Below, piece by piece: positions 25,601-40,600 of a stretch of DNA of 64,000 nucleotides. The notes under the pieces are model-generated. The model did no database searches and had not been told where the DNA came from. It saw only the letters and a list, made by a program, of their open reading frames with translations. Numbering within the stretch: the stretch's first letter is position 1; every line of letters begins with the position of its first letter. Source of the stretch: Antedon mediterranea (lineage: Eukaryota; Animalia; Echinodermata); assembly GCF_964355755.1 (NCBI RefSeq), contig NC_092674.1:24614001-24678000 (forward strand), given 5' to 3'. The position numbers and the translations under genes are program-made.

Positions 25601-28600
25601 GCCAACAGAACCTGCAAGCTAACATGGTTTCCATTTCAAATAGGTAGGTCGTACGTGTACTGTAGGCTTACTTTCTTCATCGCCATAAGATAATATAAAT
25701 TTATTTCGTCCACAAAAGAAGTGGAAATAATGGTGCTTGTCTCATACAAATATAAAACAGTAATGGAAACACAAATATCAAAACAATTCTATCCTAACGT
25801 TTCACAGTCACAATATTGCTTATAAAGAGACAGTGACTGTGTGTATACTAGTAAACTGGGGTAACCCCCTACTTTTCTCGAAAGATGTACTAGGTTCTTT
25901 AAAGTGCACATGATCATTGGACCTACTGTTTATAGTCCTTATGTCAGAAGACTACCAATGGGGTAAAGCTATACTATCAAACTTTATGTGACAAAAATGT
26001 GATGTGCCCAAATATGGTAGTGACATGATGTCATGTGTCCATATATTTTTTTCTCACATTAAGTTTGATAGTGTAGCTCTTACTCCATAGTTCAGAGCTC
26101 TAGTGAGCCTCGAACCCTTGCCAATATTATAGATTGTACACTTTTTGATTTCAAGCTTTCCTTGTCATAACAGTCAAATTGTCATTTTTATACTTGAATG
26201 AACACAGATTTGAACAGGCTTTCATAACAGACCAGTTATCCAGTTTACATTCGTGGTACTGGACAGGCTTCAATGACAAGAGTGCGTCCGGAACCTACAA
26301 GTGGGACGATGGAACACCTGTCACTTACACCAACTGGGATCAAGGACAACCAAACTGTACGTCTTGATTCCCATATCTGTAGTATATTAAAGATATATTG
26401 TCCCCCTGAAATTGTTTTGTTGATTATGTCATTTTAATGTTACATAATAGTTGTTCACTTTGACCAAAAATTAGATCGAAAAAAATAGTTTGGCTACCAG
26501 CCAAATTAACAATTTTGAAAATCTATAGCGATGCCTGGTAGATTGATCTAACACAGCTGTATCTACTTTACACATGTAAGAGTGTACCTTTCTAACTAAG
26601 TACAGTAAAGTTTTTGGTTCAGCGATTACATTACGTTAAGCGTTACTAGGTAAGATTTATCCTGGGAGATATCCATGAAAGAATATGTTACATTTGTGTT
26701 GAATGAAGAATGGGTATAACATATTCCACTGTGTGTTTCAGCTGCTGGTGATAGCAACTGTGTTGCTCTGGTAACTAGCAAGCCTGTAGGATTCTGGGAT
26801 GACATGTCATGTGAATCTAATATTGGCGTTATTTGTGAGAAGCCACGTGATGGCTACACAAAGCCACCAATGGTGACAACACAACCATCTGATGTGGACT
26901 GCCTGGTGGGATGGACAGGGTACGGTTCACATTGCTACCAGGTAAGCTTTATTCTGAGGAATATCGTTTGGGGCCTAAAGCTTTGTTCCCACTAGAGACG
27001 CAATGCAAGCGAGTTGACGAATGACAAGCGACAATTCGAATTATCCATCGCTTGTGATTGGTCAAATTGCTTAAGTTGCTTTCTAGTGGGAACCATGCTT
27101 GACAGATCAGCACCCCGGGAGACGATCCCTACTCTTTTCGAATACTGTACCAAGTTTTTTACAATGCACTATACATAGGACTCAACGGTTTATGTCCTAT
27201 CCAAAGGATGAGGCAATGAGTATACAGTATCTTGCCTAAGGATACAATCAGTATGGTACAGATAGGCTCGAACCCATGCCTATCACATGCTAGTTCAATA
27301 TTATCATTACACCATTACTGTCAGGTCTATACAGCACCCGACATCCAGAACGCAACAAGTTAATTTGTTTTTTCAGGCTGCAGTGATACCACAAGACATA
27401 AGGTTATCATGGGAAGAGGCGCTAGATGTTTGCAGAAATATGGGTTCAGAACTCGCTAGTTTCCACAGCAACCAGGAAGAAGAATGGGTAAAATCATCAG
27501 TTAAAACTGAATACAATATGCAAGTTGTTTTTTCTTTATTATTTATTAATATGTATCAGAATATAGATAATTAGCTTTAGACATTTCTTGAATATACAGT
27601 AGAATCACGCCGTTTGGGACACCCATTATTAAGAAGACACTTGTGAAAATAATGAGGAAAAATAGATGTTTTAACACTACGTATACTTTAGAGTACTAGT
27701 GGATTAAAGGGACATTTTTTGGGTGTCATGAAGGTTTCCCTTTAATAGAGGTTTGTGTGTTTTTGTGAAGTATTATTGGGTTAAAAAGTAAGGTGAATTA
27801 CTATTGAAGTAATTTGCATAAAACATAATTGGCAATATGGTTAGAAAGAGCAGTATCATCATTATCTTAATTATGGTTTTTTTTTCAGGACTGGAAACTT
27901 TTGGATTGGTTTGAATGATCGTGATGCTGAAGAGCGTAAGTTTTTTTCCTCTGTCTGTATTTTTAAATATATATCAAACAATAAATAACAGAGTAACCCA
28001 TACTTTTCGAAAGCTGCACGGTGTACACACAAGCCAGATGTGTACACTAAACCTCCAGTTTTAAGTTCTTATCCGAGAAGACTTGTTTATCACCAAAAGT
28101 ATGGTCGAGCAGAACCTACTTTATTATTTATCAGTGAAGTGATAGTAGTCCAGTTGATACCTGACCGACTGGTCAACTAAATAATAAAGATCACATAATA
28201 ATCTGTTTATTAATATTTGGGCAGGATACGAGTGGAGTGACGACAGTCCAGTTGATTACTTGCCCTGGGCTATTGGTCAACCAAATAATGATGATCACAC
28301 TGAGAACTGTGTAGAGATGATTTATGACAAAAACACTAATGGCTGGGCTGACAATGACTGTAGTGTGAAAAGAAACTGGATTTGTAAAATGAAAAGAGGT
28401 GAGTATAACGTTTTCTACCTTAACATTTGTTTAATACAATAACATATTGACTGTTTCAATGTAGAAGAACTATGAGGCATATACTTACATTCACACAATA
28501 TTGTGTGTGATTTCCAAATCGTTTTGAGAGTTAACTACTGCATTATGGGTATTATTGCTACATGTATTTTCAAATTTCTTGTAGGCAATGGGCTTAAGAC

Positions 28601-31600
28601 TACATTACCATCTGTAACTGGAATTGTTTGTAAGTATATTATATTTTGCTCATTAAAGGTCTGTCTACACTATCTAACTTTATGTGACAAAAAATGTACA
28701 TATATGAGCACAATGATTTTGGAACATCACACCTTTTTTTTAGTGTAGAAGGAGCTTTATAATATTTAACTTCAGATAAGCACGTACCTTCAAACGACGC
28801 CCATGTGTCTATCCCTAAACAGCAGTTGAGTTGGACCAGCAGTACATCACCTACAACTCTTCCGAACGATGCACTGAGTTTTTTAAAGTGCACATGAGCC
28901 AGATATGTACTGTGCACTGGACCCCAAGGTTTAAGTCTTTATCAGAGAAAACTAAAATAAACTAGAAACCAGTACTATTGCTGACTGGCCAAAAGGCAAG
29001 AGGAGGTGTCTACTAGGCTGGATTCAACCAGTGGCCTCAAACTCGGGGCCCCTGGTTTAAGACCAATGCTGTAGGCCTTTTTCAACATATTTTAATGGCT
29101 GTCTTTTCCTCTGGGCACTGCTCAGGGGCCCCTGAGCACTCATAGCCGTTACGCTATTGGTCTCAACCGACATTCTCAATTGACATACGTTCCTTCTTTT
29201 AGCACCTGAATGTGGTGAAGGCTGGGTTTCATTTCCAGGCAATAATCAATGCTACAAATTCTATGATGATTCAAAGAGAAAATCCTGGTCCGAAGCTGAA
29301 CAAGTTTGCATTCGAGAAGCAAGTGACCTGGCATCAATACATAGTCCAGAAGAAATGAACTTTATAAGATCAATGGTATGTTCTAATTCTGTAGTTATAT
29401 TATAACACTGTCATGGCATAAACAGGACTTTTTTATTTATTTGTTTGGCAAAAAGGCGGAAGGGCCTATGGCTCAAATATTTGGTGTCTCAGCCCCCATC
29501 CCCTATTTAAAAATCAAGGATACACCCCTGAACCCCACCGTGTCGCTGTCTAAGACTCCCATTTACATTTGAGCCGGAAATTGATAAATGTAATTTTGTT
29601 TAATCGAGCGGCCTGAAATTATACAACCTCGCGAGGTGTCCAAAATAAGTTTGCTATTACCTAAATGCAGTGAACCATGACTAATGGCTTAAGAAATTAG
29701 GTAAATGAATCATTGGAGGTTTTGCTTGGAACACAATTGTAAACATGCTGGATCAAACCCAAATATTTATATTTGGACCAAATATAGCCAAACATAAGTG
29801 TAATTTCCTAACTTATTTTGAAATAATAATTTCATGTCTGATTACAGTTGCTTGTATAAGTTATATAAATCAGTTTTTATTTAAATCTATTAGGCTGCTA
29901 AGCTCCCAACCTTCGAAATATGGACTGGCATGCGAGATTACCAAGGTGAACTAGGCTATCAGAATTCAGACGGCAGTGTTACTAACTATTTTAGATGGGA
30001 TGCTAACCAACCGAACAACAATCGTGGCAATGATAGGTGCATTCTTATGTCAGCTAGTGAAGGTAGGTTTTATCATGGAGTAATGGTTTTATCCAGCCTA
30101 GCCAACATTAAATTTAATAATTAATTGTGCTTAATTACAGCCACTGTCACAAACTCATCATATGCACTAGGCGCTCTGAGAGTACAGTCTTAGACTACTG
30201 AAGAGGCTATCCAGTATAAAGAAAAAATAAATATCAAAAATATGTATATATGTATTTGTATGTATGTAGATACCCCTAATTTTGTTTATTTTTCTTCAAA
30301 CAATTCAGTGATTTAACTGATCAATAGTTATTCTAAATTTGGCATCATCATGGCAACAAACACGGGTTTAGTCAATACAGTTTGTATGCATGCATAGATG
30401 CCTATGATCAGTTATTAATAAAGTGATCACATACGCTATGACAACTGTAGATGAAAAAAATAATCATGTCTATTAAACTCGTATGCTGTTTTTAGATTGG
30501 CAACAATAGGAATGTTCATTTAGCTATCCATTATATGTGTGCAATAGCAAATGAACTTGGTACTAAATTAATTAATTTAGTTTAAAAGTTCACTATATGA
30601 TTTTAACCTGGAGTTTATGGTTGTTGCGTCTTGACCAAATTACTACCACCAACATACTGAGATAAGCATCTCAATAATTAATTATACAGGAAAAATGGCT
30701 CATGAATCATGCTCTGAGACTCGTGCATTTGCTTGTAAAAAACGTCCATCTGATGCTCAGACAACATTAGTTGTTCCTACGACGGTGATGCCAGGATACT
30801 GTCCGTCTGGCTGGTCAACACGGGGAAATAAATGCTACAAGTTCTTCGAAGAGAAACGTGCTTGGAATGATTCAAAGGCATTTTGCGAAAGCAATAACGG
30901 CGGACTTGTTGCTGTTAATGATGAATATGATCAAGGTATATGTCTGATATTTTAGTTTGTTATTTTTATCATAAAATCATAATTGTCATAATCATAATCA
31001 TAATTGTCATATAGTGTTTGGTGGATAGTGTATGTATAGCCCGGATAGAAAAAAATCAGAGTAAAGTAAAGTGAAATATTATTTTTTATATCTAAATTAT
31101 CACTTTTATTCAATTAACATCAAAATCAATATACTCTGAAACAACAGGAGCACCCTACACCTTTCTTTAATATATTTTCTAAATTATAGAATTCTATAGA
31201 AATTGACAGTAAATCTGATAGTCAAGAAATCAACTTTAAAACATTTTGTCAAACCCATTGATCACCTTTTCTTTCTATCAAGTACAGTATCATTCAATTT
31301 CTGTTTAAAATAAACGCTTCTATTTTTGTAATTTATTTTTCCACATTCCAGCTTACCTGATAACCCTTCTGCGAGATATTGACTACCCTGTTTGGCTTGG
31401 CATCAATGACCGAGATTCTGAAGGAATGTTTGTGAATGCAGATGGATCAGATTTAACTTATGCTCACTGGATGGTTACAGAACCCAATGGTGGAGCTAAT
31501 GTATGTGTATATAATATTAATTTAGTCTCATTGTATGTAGATATCTTATTATCAAAGACATTATTTTCAGTATAACAGTGGGATAACGCTAGTCCTCGTT

Positions 31601-34600
31601 TTCCATTGAAATGACTTGAACTCATTACTAGGATGGACATTCAACTTTGTTTGTTGTGATTTTTGTGTAGAAATTGGGAGTATGCTATCCTATGACTAGA
31701 AATGTATATGTGAAGTGCTCCCCACTCTATAAAGTGCTCCCCACTCTGTAAAGTGCTTCCTACTCTGTAAAGAGCTCCCCACTCTGTAAAGAGCTCCCCA
31801 CTCTGAAAAGTGCTCCCCACTCTGTAAAGTGCTCCCCACTCTGTAATGTGCTCCCCACTCTGTAAAGTGCTCCCCACTCTGTAAAGTGCTCCCCACTCTG
31901 TAAAGTGCTCCCCACTCAGTAATCTGCTCCCCACTCTATAAAGTGCTCCCCACTCTGTAAAGTGCTCCCCACTCTGTAAAGTGCTCCCCACTCTGTAAAG
32001 TGCTCCCCACTGTGTAAAGTGCTCCCCACTCTGTAAAGTGCTCCCCACTCTGTAAAGTGCTCCCCACTCTGTAAAGTGCTCCCCACTCTGTAAAGTTCTC
32101 CCCACTCTGTAAAGTGCTCCCCACTCTGTAATGTGCTCCCCACTCTGTAAAGTGCTTCCTACTCTGTAAAGAGCTCCCCACTCTGTAAAGAGCTCCCCAC
32201 TCTGTAAAGTACTCCCCACTCTGTAAAGTGCTCCCCACTCTGTAAGGTGCTCCCCACTCTGTAAGGTGCTCCCCACTCTGTAATGTGCTCCCCACTCTGT
32301 AAAGTGCTTCCTACTCTGTAAAGAGCTCCCCACTCTGTAAAGAGCTCCCCACTCTGAAAAGTGCTCCCCACTCTGTAAAGTGCTCCCCACTCTGTAATGA
32401 GCTCCCCACTCTGTAAAGAGCTCCCCACTCTGTAATGTGCTCCCCACTCTGTAAAGTGCTTCCTACTCTGTAAAGTGCTCCCCACTCTGTAAAGTGCTCC
32501 CCACTCTGTAATGTGCTCCCCACTCTGTAAAGTGCCTCCTACTCTGTAAAGAGCTCCCCACTCTGTAAAGAGCTCCCCACTCTGAAAAGTGCTCCCCACT
32601 CTGTAAAGTGCTCCCCACTCTGTAATGTGCTCCCCACTCTGTAAAGTGCTCCCCACTCTGTAAAGTGCTCCCCACTCTGTAAAGTGCTCCCCACTCTGTA
32701 ATGTGCTCCCCTCTCTGTAATGTGCTCCCCACTCTGTAAAGTGCTCCCCATTCTGTAAAGTGCTCCCCATTCTGTAAAGTGCTCCCCACTCTGTAAAGTG
32801 CTCCCCACTCTGTAAAGTGCTCCCCACTCTGTAAAGTGCTCCCCTCCCTGTAAAGTGCTCCCCTCCCTGTAAAGTGCTCCCCTCTCTGAAAAGTGCTCCC
32901 CACTCTGTAAAGTGCTCCCCACTCTGTAAAGTGCTCCCCATTCTGTAAAGTGCTCCCGACTCTGTAAAGTGCTCCCGACTCTGTAAAGTGCTCCCCACTC
33001 TGAAATGTGCTCCCCATTCTGTAAAGTGCTCCCCATTCTGTAAAGTGCTCCCCACTCTGTAAAGTGCTCCCCACTCTGTAAAGTGCTCCCCACTCTGTAA
33101 AGTTCTCCCCACTCAGTAAAGTGCTCCCCACTCTGTAAAGTGCTCCCCACTCTGTAAAGTGCTCCCCTCCCTGTAAAGTGCTCCCCACTCTGAAAAGTGC
33201 TCCCCACTCTGAAAAGTGCTCCCCATTCTGTAAAGTGCTCCCCACTCTGAAAAGTGCTCCCCATTCTGTAAAGTGCTCCCCACTCAGTAAAGTGCTCCCC
33301 ACTCTGTAAAGTGCTCCCCACTCTGAAAAGTGCTCCCCTCCCTGTAAAGTGCTCCCCTCTCTGTAAAGTGCTCCCCTCCCTGTAAAGTGCTCCCCTCCCT
33401 GTAAAGTGCTCCCCACTCTGAAAAGTGCTCCCCACTCTGAAAAGTGCTCCCCACTCTGAAAAGTGCTCCCCACTCTGTAAAGTGCTCCCCACTCAGTAAA
33501 GTGCTCCCCACTCAGTAATCTGCTCCCCACTCAGTAATCTGCTCCCCATTCTGTAAAGTTCTCCCCATTCTGTAAAGTGCTCCCCACTCTGTAAAGTGCT
33601 CCCCACTCTGTAAAGTGCTCCCCACTCTGTAAAGTGCTCCCCACTCTGTAAAGTGCTCCCCACTCTGTAAAGTGCTCCCCACTGCTCCCCACTCTGTAAT
33701 GTGCTCCCCACTGTGTAAAGTGCTCCCCACTCTGTAAAGTGCTCCCCACTCTGTAAAGTGCTCCCCACTCAGTAATCTCCTCCCCATTCTGTAAAGTGCT
33801 CCCCACTCTGTAAAGTGCTCCCCACTCTGTAAAGTGCTCCCCACTCTGTAAAGTGCTCCCCACTCTGTAAAGTGCTCCCCACTCTGTAAAGTGCTCCCCA
33901 CTGCTCCCCACTCTGTAATGTGCTCCCCACTGTGTAAAGTGCTCCCCACTCTGTAAAGTTCTCCCCACTCTGTAAAGTGCTCCCCACTCAGTAATCTGCT
34001 CCCCACTGTGTAAAGTGCTCCCCACTCTGTAAAGTGCTCCCCACTCTGTAAAGTGCTCCCCACTCAGTAATCTGCTCCCCACTGTGTAAAGTGCTCCCCA
34101 CTCTGTAAAGTGCTCCCCACTCTGTAAAGTGCTCCCCACTCTGTAAAGTGCTCCCCACTCTGTAAAGTGCTCCCCACTCTGTAAAGTGCTCCCCACTGCT
34201 CCCCACTCTGTAATGTGCTCCCCACTGTGTAAAGTGCTCCCCACTCTGTAAAGTTCTCCCCACTCTGTAAAGTGCTCCCCACTCAGTAATCTGCTCCCCA
34301 CTGTGTAAAGTGCTCCCCACTCTGTAAAGTGCTCCCCACTCTGTAAAGTGCTCCCCACTCAGTAATCTGCTCCCCACTGTGTAAAGTGCTCCCCACTCTG
34401 TAAAGTGCTCCTCATTCTGTAAAGTGCTCCCCACTCCTACCAACTTGCTTGTGTAGTTTGCATGTTTGACAATCAAGATAAAAATAAATAATCAATTGAA
34501 ATGTTCACATCTTATCAATCTAAATTCTTAATACAATTTGTCTGAAAACTCACTAGTTCACTAAATAACATTTGGTCTGATAGTGCTGTGAGATAGCAGT

Positions 34601-37600
34601 TTAAGAGCGCTTTAAAAACTCTCAGTAATATTATTATTTTTAGGAGAATTGTGTTGAAATGTATTCGGGTAATTCTCAACCTGCTGGTGCATGGAATGAC
34701 CTTCCTTGTTCAGCAAAGGTCGGGGTCATATGTCAGCGTCCAAGAGGTAAAGTTATTCAAAAAAGTCATTCTTTGACTTGAAATATAAGTCACTAAATGT
34801 CATGATGGAGATTTTGCTACTGCTGCTTCCTGTCTGGAACAGACTCTCTATCTCAGTGTGACACTGACATTTGAGCAACATTATTACTATATTTTGAATT
34901 CCATAGTCATAGAGAAATTGCAGATTCTCTGTATGAAAAGCTTAAAGCCATGGTTCCCACTAGGGCGTAGATATATCGATGCAAGATGCCGTAATAACAT
35001 AATCTTGCATGTCACAAGTGGAAACAGATGATGTAAGCTTGGTGCCGTAGACATATATCTTGCAATAGTGATGATTCCACTTTTTATACTTACCTTACAT
35101 TACGTTACTTAAGCTTAAGTTACAACATTTTTTTTTTCAGACAGTGAAGGTTCACCGACACCAGTAGGCGTAGCGTGTGCTGATGGATTTAGCGTTTTTG
35201 ATGGAGCCTGCTATAAAGTTATGACTGATGCATCAACTTTCCAAGAAGCGGAGAAGTAAGCAAGAGATATCAGCCTTTTCTATATTATGGAATCCCACCT
35301 ATTCTTGTTTTTATTCTTATTCTAAATACCACCAAAGATAGCTGGCCCTTAACCAGTAGTGCATGTGTTCCCCACTTCCCCAATAGTGCATGTGTTCCCC
35401 TCTTGCCAATAGTGCATATGTTCCCCTCTTGCCAATAGCGCATGTGTTTCCCTCTTACCCAATAGTGCATGTGTTCCCCTCTTGCCAATAGTGCATGTGT
35501 TCCCCTCTTGCCAATAGTGCATGTGTTCCCCTCTTGCCAATAGTGCATGTGTTCCCCTCTTGCCAATAGTGCATGTGTTTCCCTCTTGCTAATAGTGCAT
35601 GTGTTCCCCTCTTGCCAATAGTGCATATGTTCCCCTCTTACCCAATAGTGCATGTGTTCTCTTCTTACCAAATAGTGCATGTGTTCCCCTCTTGCCAATA
35701 GTGCATATGTTCCCCTCTTACCCAATAGCGCATGTGTTTCCCTCTTACCCAATAGTGCATGTGTTCCCCTCTTGCCAATAGTGCATGTGTTCCCCTCTTG
35801 CCAATAGTGCATGTGTTCCCCTCTTGCCAATAGTGCATGTGTTCCCCTCTTGCCAATAGTGCATGTGTTTCCCTCTTGCTAATAGTGCATGTGTTCCCCT
35901 CTTGCCAATAGTGCATATGTTCCCCTCTTACCCAATAGTGCATGTGTTTCCCTCTTACCCAATAGTGCATGTGTTCCCCTCTTGCCAATAGTGCATGTGT
36001 TCCCCTCTTGCCAATAGTGCATGTGTTCCCCTCTTGCCAATAGTGCATGTGTTCTCTTCTTACCAAATAGTGCATGTGTTCCCCTCTTACCCAATAGTGC
36101 ATGTGTTCCCCTCTTGCCAATAGTGCATGTGTTCTCCTCTTGCCAATAGTGCATGTGTTCCCCTCTTGCCAATAGTGCATATGTTCTCCTCTTACCCAAT
36201 AGTGCATGTGTTCTCTTCTTACCAAATAGTGCATGTGTTCCCCTCTTGCCAATAGTGCATGTGTTCCCCTCTTGCCAATAGTGCATGTGTTCTCCTCTTA
36301 CCCAATAGTGCATGTGTTCTCCTCTTACCCAATAGTGCATGTGTTCCCCTCTTACCCAATAGTGCATGTGTTCTCCTCTTGCCAATAGTGCATGTGTTCC
36401 CCTCTTGCCAATAGTGCATATGTTCTCCTCTTACCCAATAGTGCATGTGTTCTCTTCTTACCAAATAGTGCATGTGTTCCCCTCTTGCCAATAGTGCATG
36501 TGTTCCCCTCTTGCCAATAGTGCATGTGTTCCCCTCTTGCCAATAGTGCATGTGTTCCCCTCTTACCCAGCATGTGTTCCCCTCTTGCCAATAGTGCATA
36601 TGTTCTCCTCTTACCCAATAGTGCATGTGTTCTCTTCTTACCAAATAGTGCATGTGTTCCCCTCTTGCCAATAGTGCATATGTTCTCCTCTTACCCAATA
36701 GTGCATGTGTTCTCTTCTTACCAAATAGTGCATGTGTTCCCCTCTTACCCAATAGTGCATGTGTTCCCCTCTTGCCAATAGTGCATATGTTCTCCTCTTA
36801 CCCAATAGTGCATGTGTTCCCCTCTTGCTAATAGCGCATGTGTTTCCCTCTGGCTAATAGCGCATGTGTTTCCCTCTTGCTAATAGCGCATGTGTTTCCC
36901 TCTTGCCAATAGTGCATGTGTTCTCCTCTTACCCAATAGTGCATGTGTTCTCTTCTTACCAAATAGTGCATGTGTTCCCCTCTTGCCAATAGTGCATGTG
37001 TTTCCCTCTTACCCAATAGTGCATGTGTTCTCTTCTTACCAAATAGTGCATGTGTTCTCTTCTTACCAAATAGTGCATGTGTTTCCCTCTTACCCAATAG
37101 CGCATGTGTTTCCCTCTTACCCAATAGTGCATGTGTTCTCTTCTTACCAAATAGTGCATGTGTTTCCCTCTTGCCAATAGTGCATGTGTTCTCTTCTTAC
37201 CCAATAGTGCATGTGTTCCCCTCTTGCCAATAGTGCATGTGTTCCCCTCTTACCCAATAGTGCATGTGTTCCCCTCTTGCCAATAGTGCATGTGTTCCCC
37301 CCTTACTAAATAGTGCATATGTTCTCCTCTTACCCAATAGTGCATGTGTTCCCCTCTTGCCAATAGTGCATATGTTCTCTTCTTACCCAATAGTGCATGT
37401 GTTCCCCTCTTGCCAATAGTGCATGTGTTCCCCTCTTGCCAATAGTGCATATGTTCTCCTCTTACCCAATAGTGCATGTGTTCCCCTCTTGCTAATAGCG
37501 CATGTGTTTCCCTCTGGCTAATAGCGCATGTGTTTCCCTCTTACCCAATAGTGCATGTGTTCCCCTCTTGCCAATAGTGCATATGTTCCCCTCTTACCCA

Positions 37601-40600
37601 ATAGTGCATGTGTTCCCCTCTTGCCAATAGTGCATGTGTTCCCCTCTTGCCAATAGTGCATGTGTTCTCTTCTTACCAAATAGTGCATGTGTTCCTCTCT
37701 TGACAATAGTGCATGTGTTCCCCTCTTGCCAATAGTGCATGTGTTCCCCTCTTGCCAATAGTGCATGTGTTCCCCTCTTGCCAATAGTGCATATGTTCTC
37801 TTCTTACCCAATAGTGCATGTGTTCCCCTCTTGCCAATAGTGCATGTGTTCCCCTCTTGCCAATAGTGCATATGTTCTCCTCTTACCCAATAGTGCATGT
37901 GTTCCCCTCTTGCTAATAGCGCATGTGTTTCCCTCTGGCTAATAGCGCATGTGTTTCCCTCTTACCCAATAGTGCATGTGTTCCCCTCTTGCCAATAGTG
38001 CATATGTTCCCCTCTTGCCAATAGTGCATATGTTCCCCTCTTACCCAATAGTGCATGTGTTCCCCTCTTACCCAATAGTGCATGTGTTCCCCTCTTACCC
38101 AATAGCGCATGTGTTTCCCTCTTACCCAATAGCGCATGTGTTCCCCTCTTACCAATAGTGCATGTGTTCCCCTCTTGCCAATAGTGCATATGTTCTCCTC
38201 TTACCCAATAGTGCATGTGTTCCCCTCTTGCTAATAGCGCATGTGTTTCCCTCTGGCTAATAGCGCATGTGTTTCCCTCTTACCCAATAGTGCATGTGTT
38301 CCCCTCTTGCCAATAGTGCATATGTTCCCCTCTTGCCAATAGTGCATATGTTCCCCTCTTACCCAATAGTGCATGTGTTCCCCTCTTACCCAATAGTGCA
38401 TGTGTTTCCCTCTTACCCAATAGTGCATGTGTTCCCCTCTTGCCAATAGTGCATGTGTTCCCCTCTTGCCAATAGTGCATATGTTCTCCTCTTACCCAAT
38501 AGTGCATGTGTTCCCCTCTTGCTAATAGCGCATGTGTTTCCCTCTGGCTAATAGCGCATGTGTTTCCCTCTTACCCAATAGTGCATGTGTTCCCCTCTTG
38601 CCAATAGTGCATATGTTCCCCTCTTGCCAATAGTGCATATGTTCCCCTCTTACCCAATAGTGCATGTGTTCCCCTCTTACCCAATAGTGCATGTGTTCCC
38701 CTCTTACCCAATAGCGCATATGTTCCCCTCTTACCCAATAGTGCATGTGTTCCCCTCTTACCCAATAGTGCATGTGTTCCCCTCTTACCCAATAGTGCAT
38801 ATGTTCCCCTCTTACCCAATAGCGCATGTGTTTCCCTCTTACCCAATAGTGCATGTGTTCCCCTCTTGCCAATAGTGCATGTGTTCCCCTCTTGCCAATA
38901 GTGCATGTGTTCTCCTCTTACCCAATAGTGCATGTGTTCCCCTCTTGCCAATAGTGCATGTGTTCTCCTCTTACCCAATAGTGCATGTGTTCCCCTCTTG
39001 CCAATAGTGCATGTGTTCTCCTCTTACCAAATAGTGCATGTGTTCCCCTCTTGCCAATAGTGCATGTGTTCCCCTCTTGCCAATAGTGCATGTGTTCCCC
39101 TCTTGCCAATAGTGCATGTGTTCTCCTCTTACCCAATAGTGCATGTGTTCCCCTCTTACCCAATAGTGCATGTGTTCCCCTCTTGCCAATAGTGCATGTG
39201 TTCCCCTCTTGCCAATAGTGCATGTGTTCCCCTCTTACCAAATAGTGCATGTGTTTCCCTCTTACCCAATAGTGCATGTGTTCCCCTCTTGCCAATAGTG
39301 CATGTGTTCCCCTCTTGCCAATAGTGCATATGTTCTCCTCTTACCCAATAGTGCATGTGTTCCCCTCTTGCCAATAGTGCATGTGTTCCCCTCTTGCCAA
39401 TAGTGCATGTGTTCCCCTCTTGCCAATAGTGCATGTGTTCTCTTCTTACCAAATAGTGCATGTGTTCCCCTCTTACCCAATAGTGCATGTGTTCCCCTCT
39501 TGCCAATAGTGCATGTGTTCCCCTCTTGCCAATAGTGCATATGTTCTCCTCTTACCCAATAGTGCATGTGTTCTCTTCTTACCAAATAGTGCATGTGTTC
39601 CCCTCTTGCCAATAGTGCATGTGTTCCCCTCTTGCCAATAGTGCATGTGTTCCCCTCTTGCCAATAGTGCATGTGTTCCCCTCTTGCTAATAGTGCATGT
39701 GTTCCCCTCTTACCCAGCATGTGTTCCCCTCTTGCCAATAGTGCATATGTTCTCCTCTTACCCAATAGTGCATGTGTTCTCTTCTTACCAAATAGTGCAT
39801 GTGTTCCCCTCTTGCCAATAGTGCATATGTTCTCCTCTTACCCAATAGTGCATGTGTTCTCTTCTTACCAAATAGTGCATGTGTTCCCCTCTTACCAAAT
39901 AGTGCATGTGTTCCCCTCTTACCCAATAGTGCATGTGTTTCCCTCTTACCCAATAGTGCATATGTTCTCTTCTTACCCAATAGTGCATGTGTTCCCCTCT
40001 TACCCAATAGTGCATGTGTTCCCCTCTTGCCAATAGTGCATATGTTCTCCTCTTACCCAATAGTGCATGTGTTCCCCTCTTGCTAATAGCGCATGTGTTT
40101 CCCTCTGGCTAATAGCGCATGTGTTTCCCTCTTACCCAATAGTGCATGTGTTCTCTTCTTACCAAATAGTGCATGTGTTCCCCTCTTGCCAATAGTGCAT
40201 GTGTTTCCCTCTTACCCAATAGTGCATGTGTTCTCTTCTTACCCAATAGTGCATGTGTTCTCTTCTTACCCAATAGTGCATGTGTTCTCTTCTTACCAAA
40301 TAGTGCATGTGTTCTCTTCTTACCAAATAGTGCATGTGTTTCCCTCTTACCCAATAGTGCATGTGTTCTCTTCTTACCAAATAGTGCATGTGTTCCCCTC
40401 TTGCCAATAGTGCATGTGTTCTCTTCTTACCAAATAGTGCATGTGTTCCTCTCTTGACAATAGTGCATGTGTTCCCCTCTTGCCAATAGTGCATGTGTTC
40501 CCCTCTTGCCAATAGTGCATATGTTCTCTTCTTACCCAATAGTGCATGTGTTCCCCTCTTGCCAATAGTGCATGTGTTCCCCTCTTGCCAATAGTGCATA

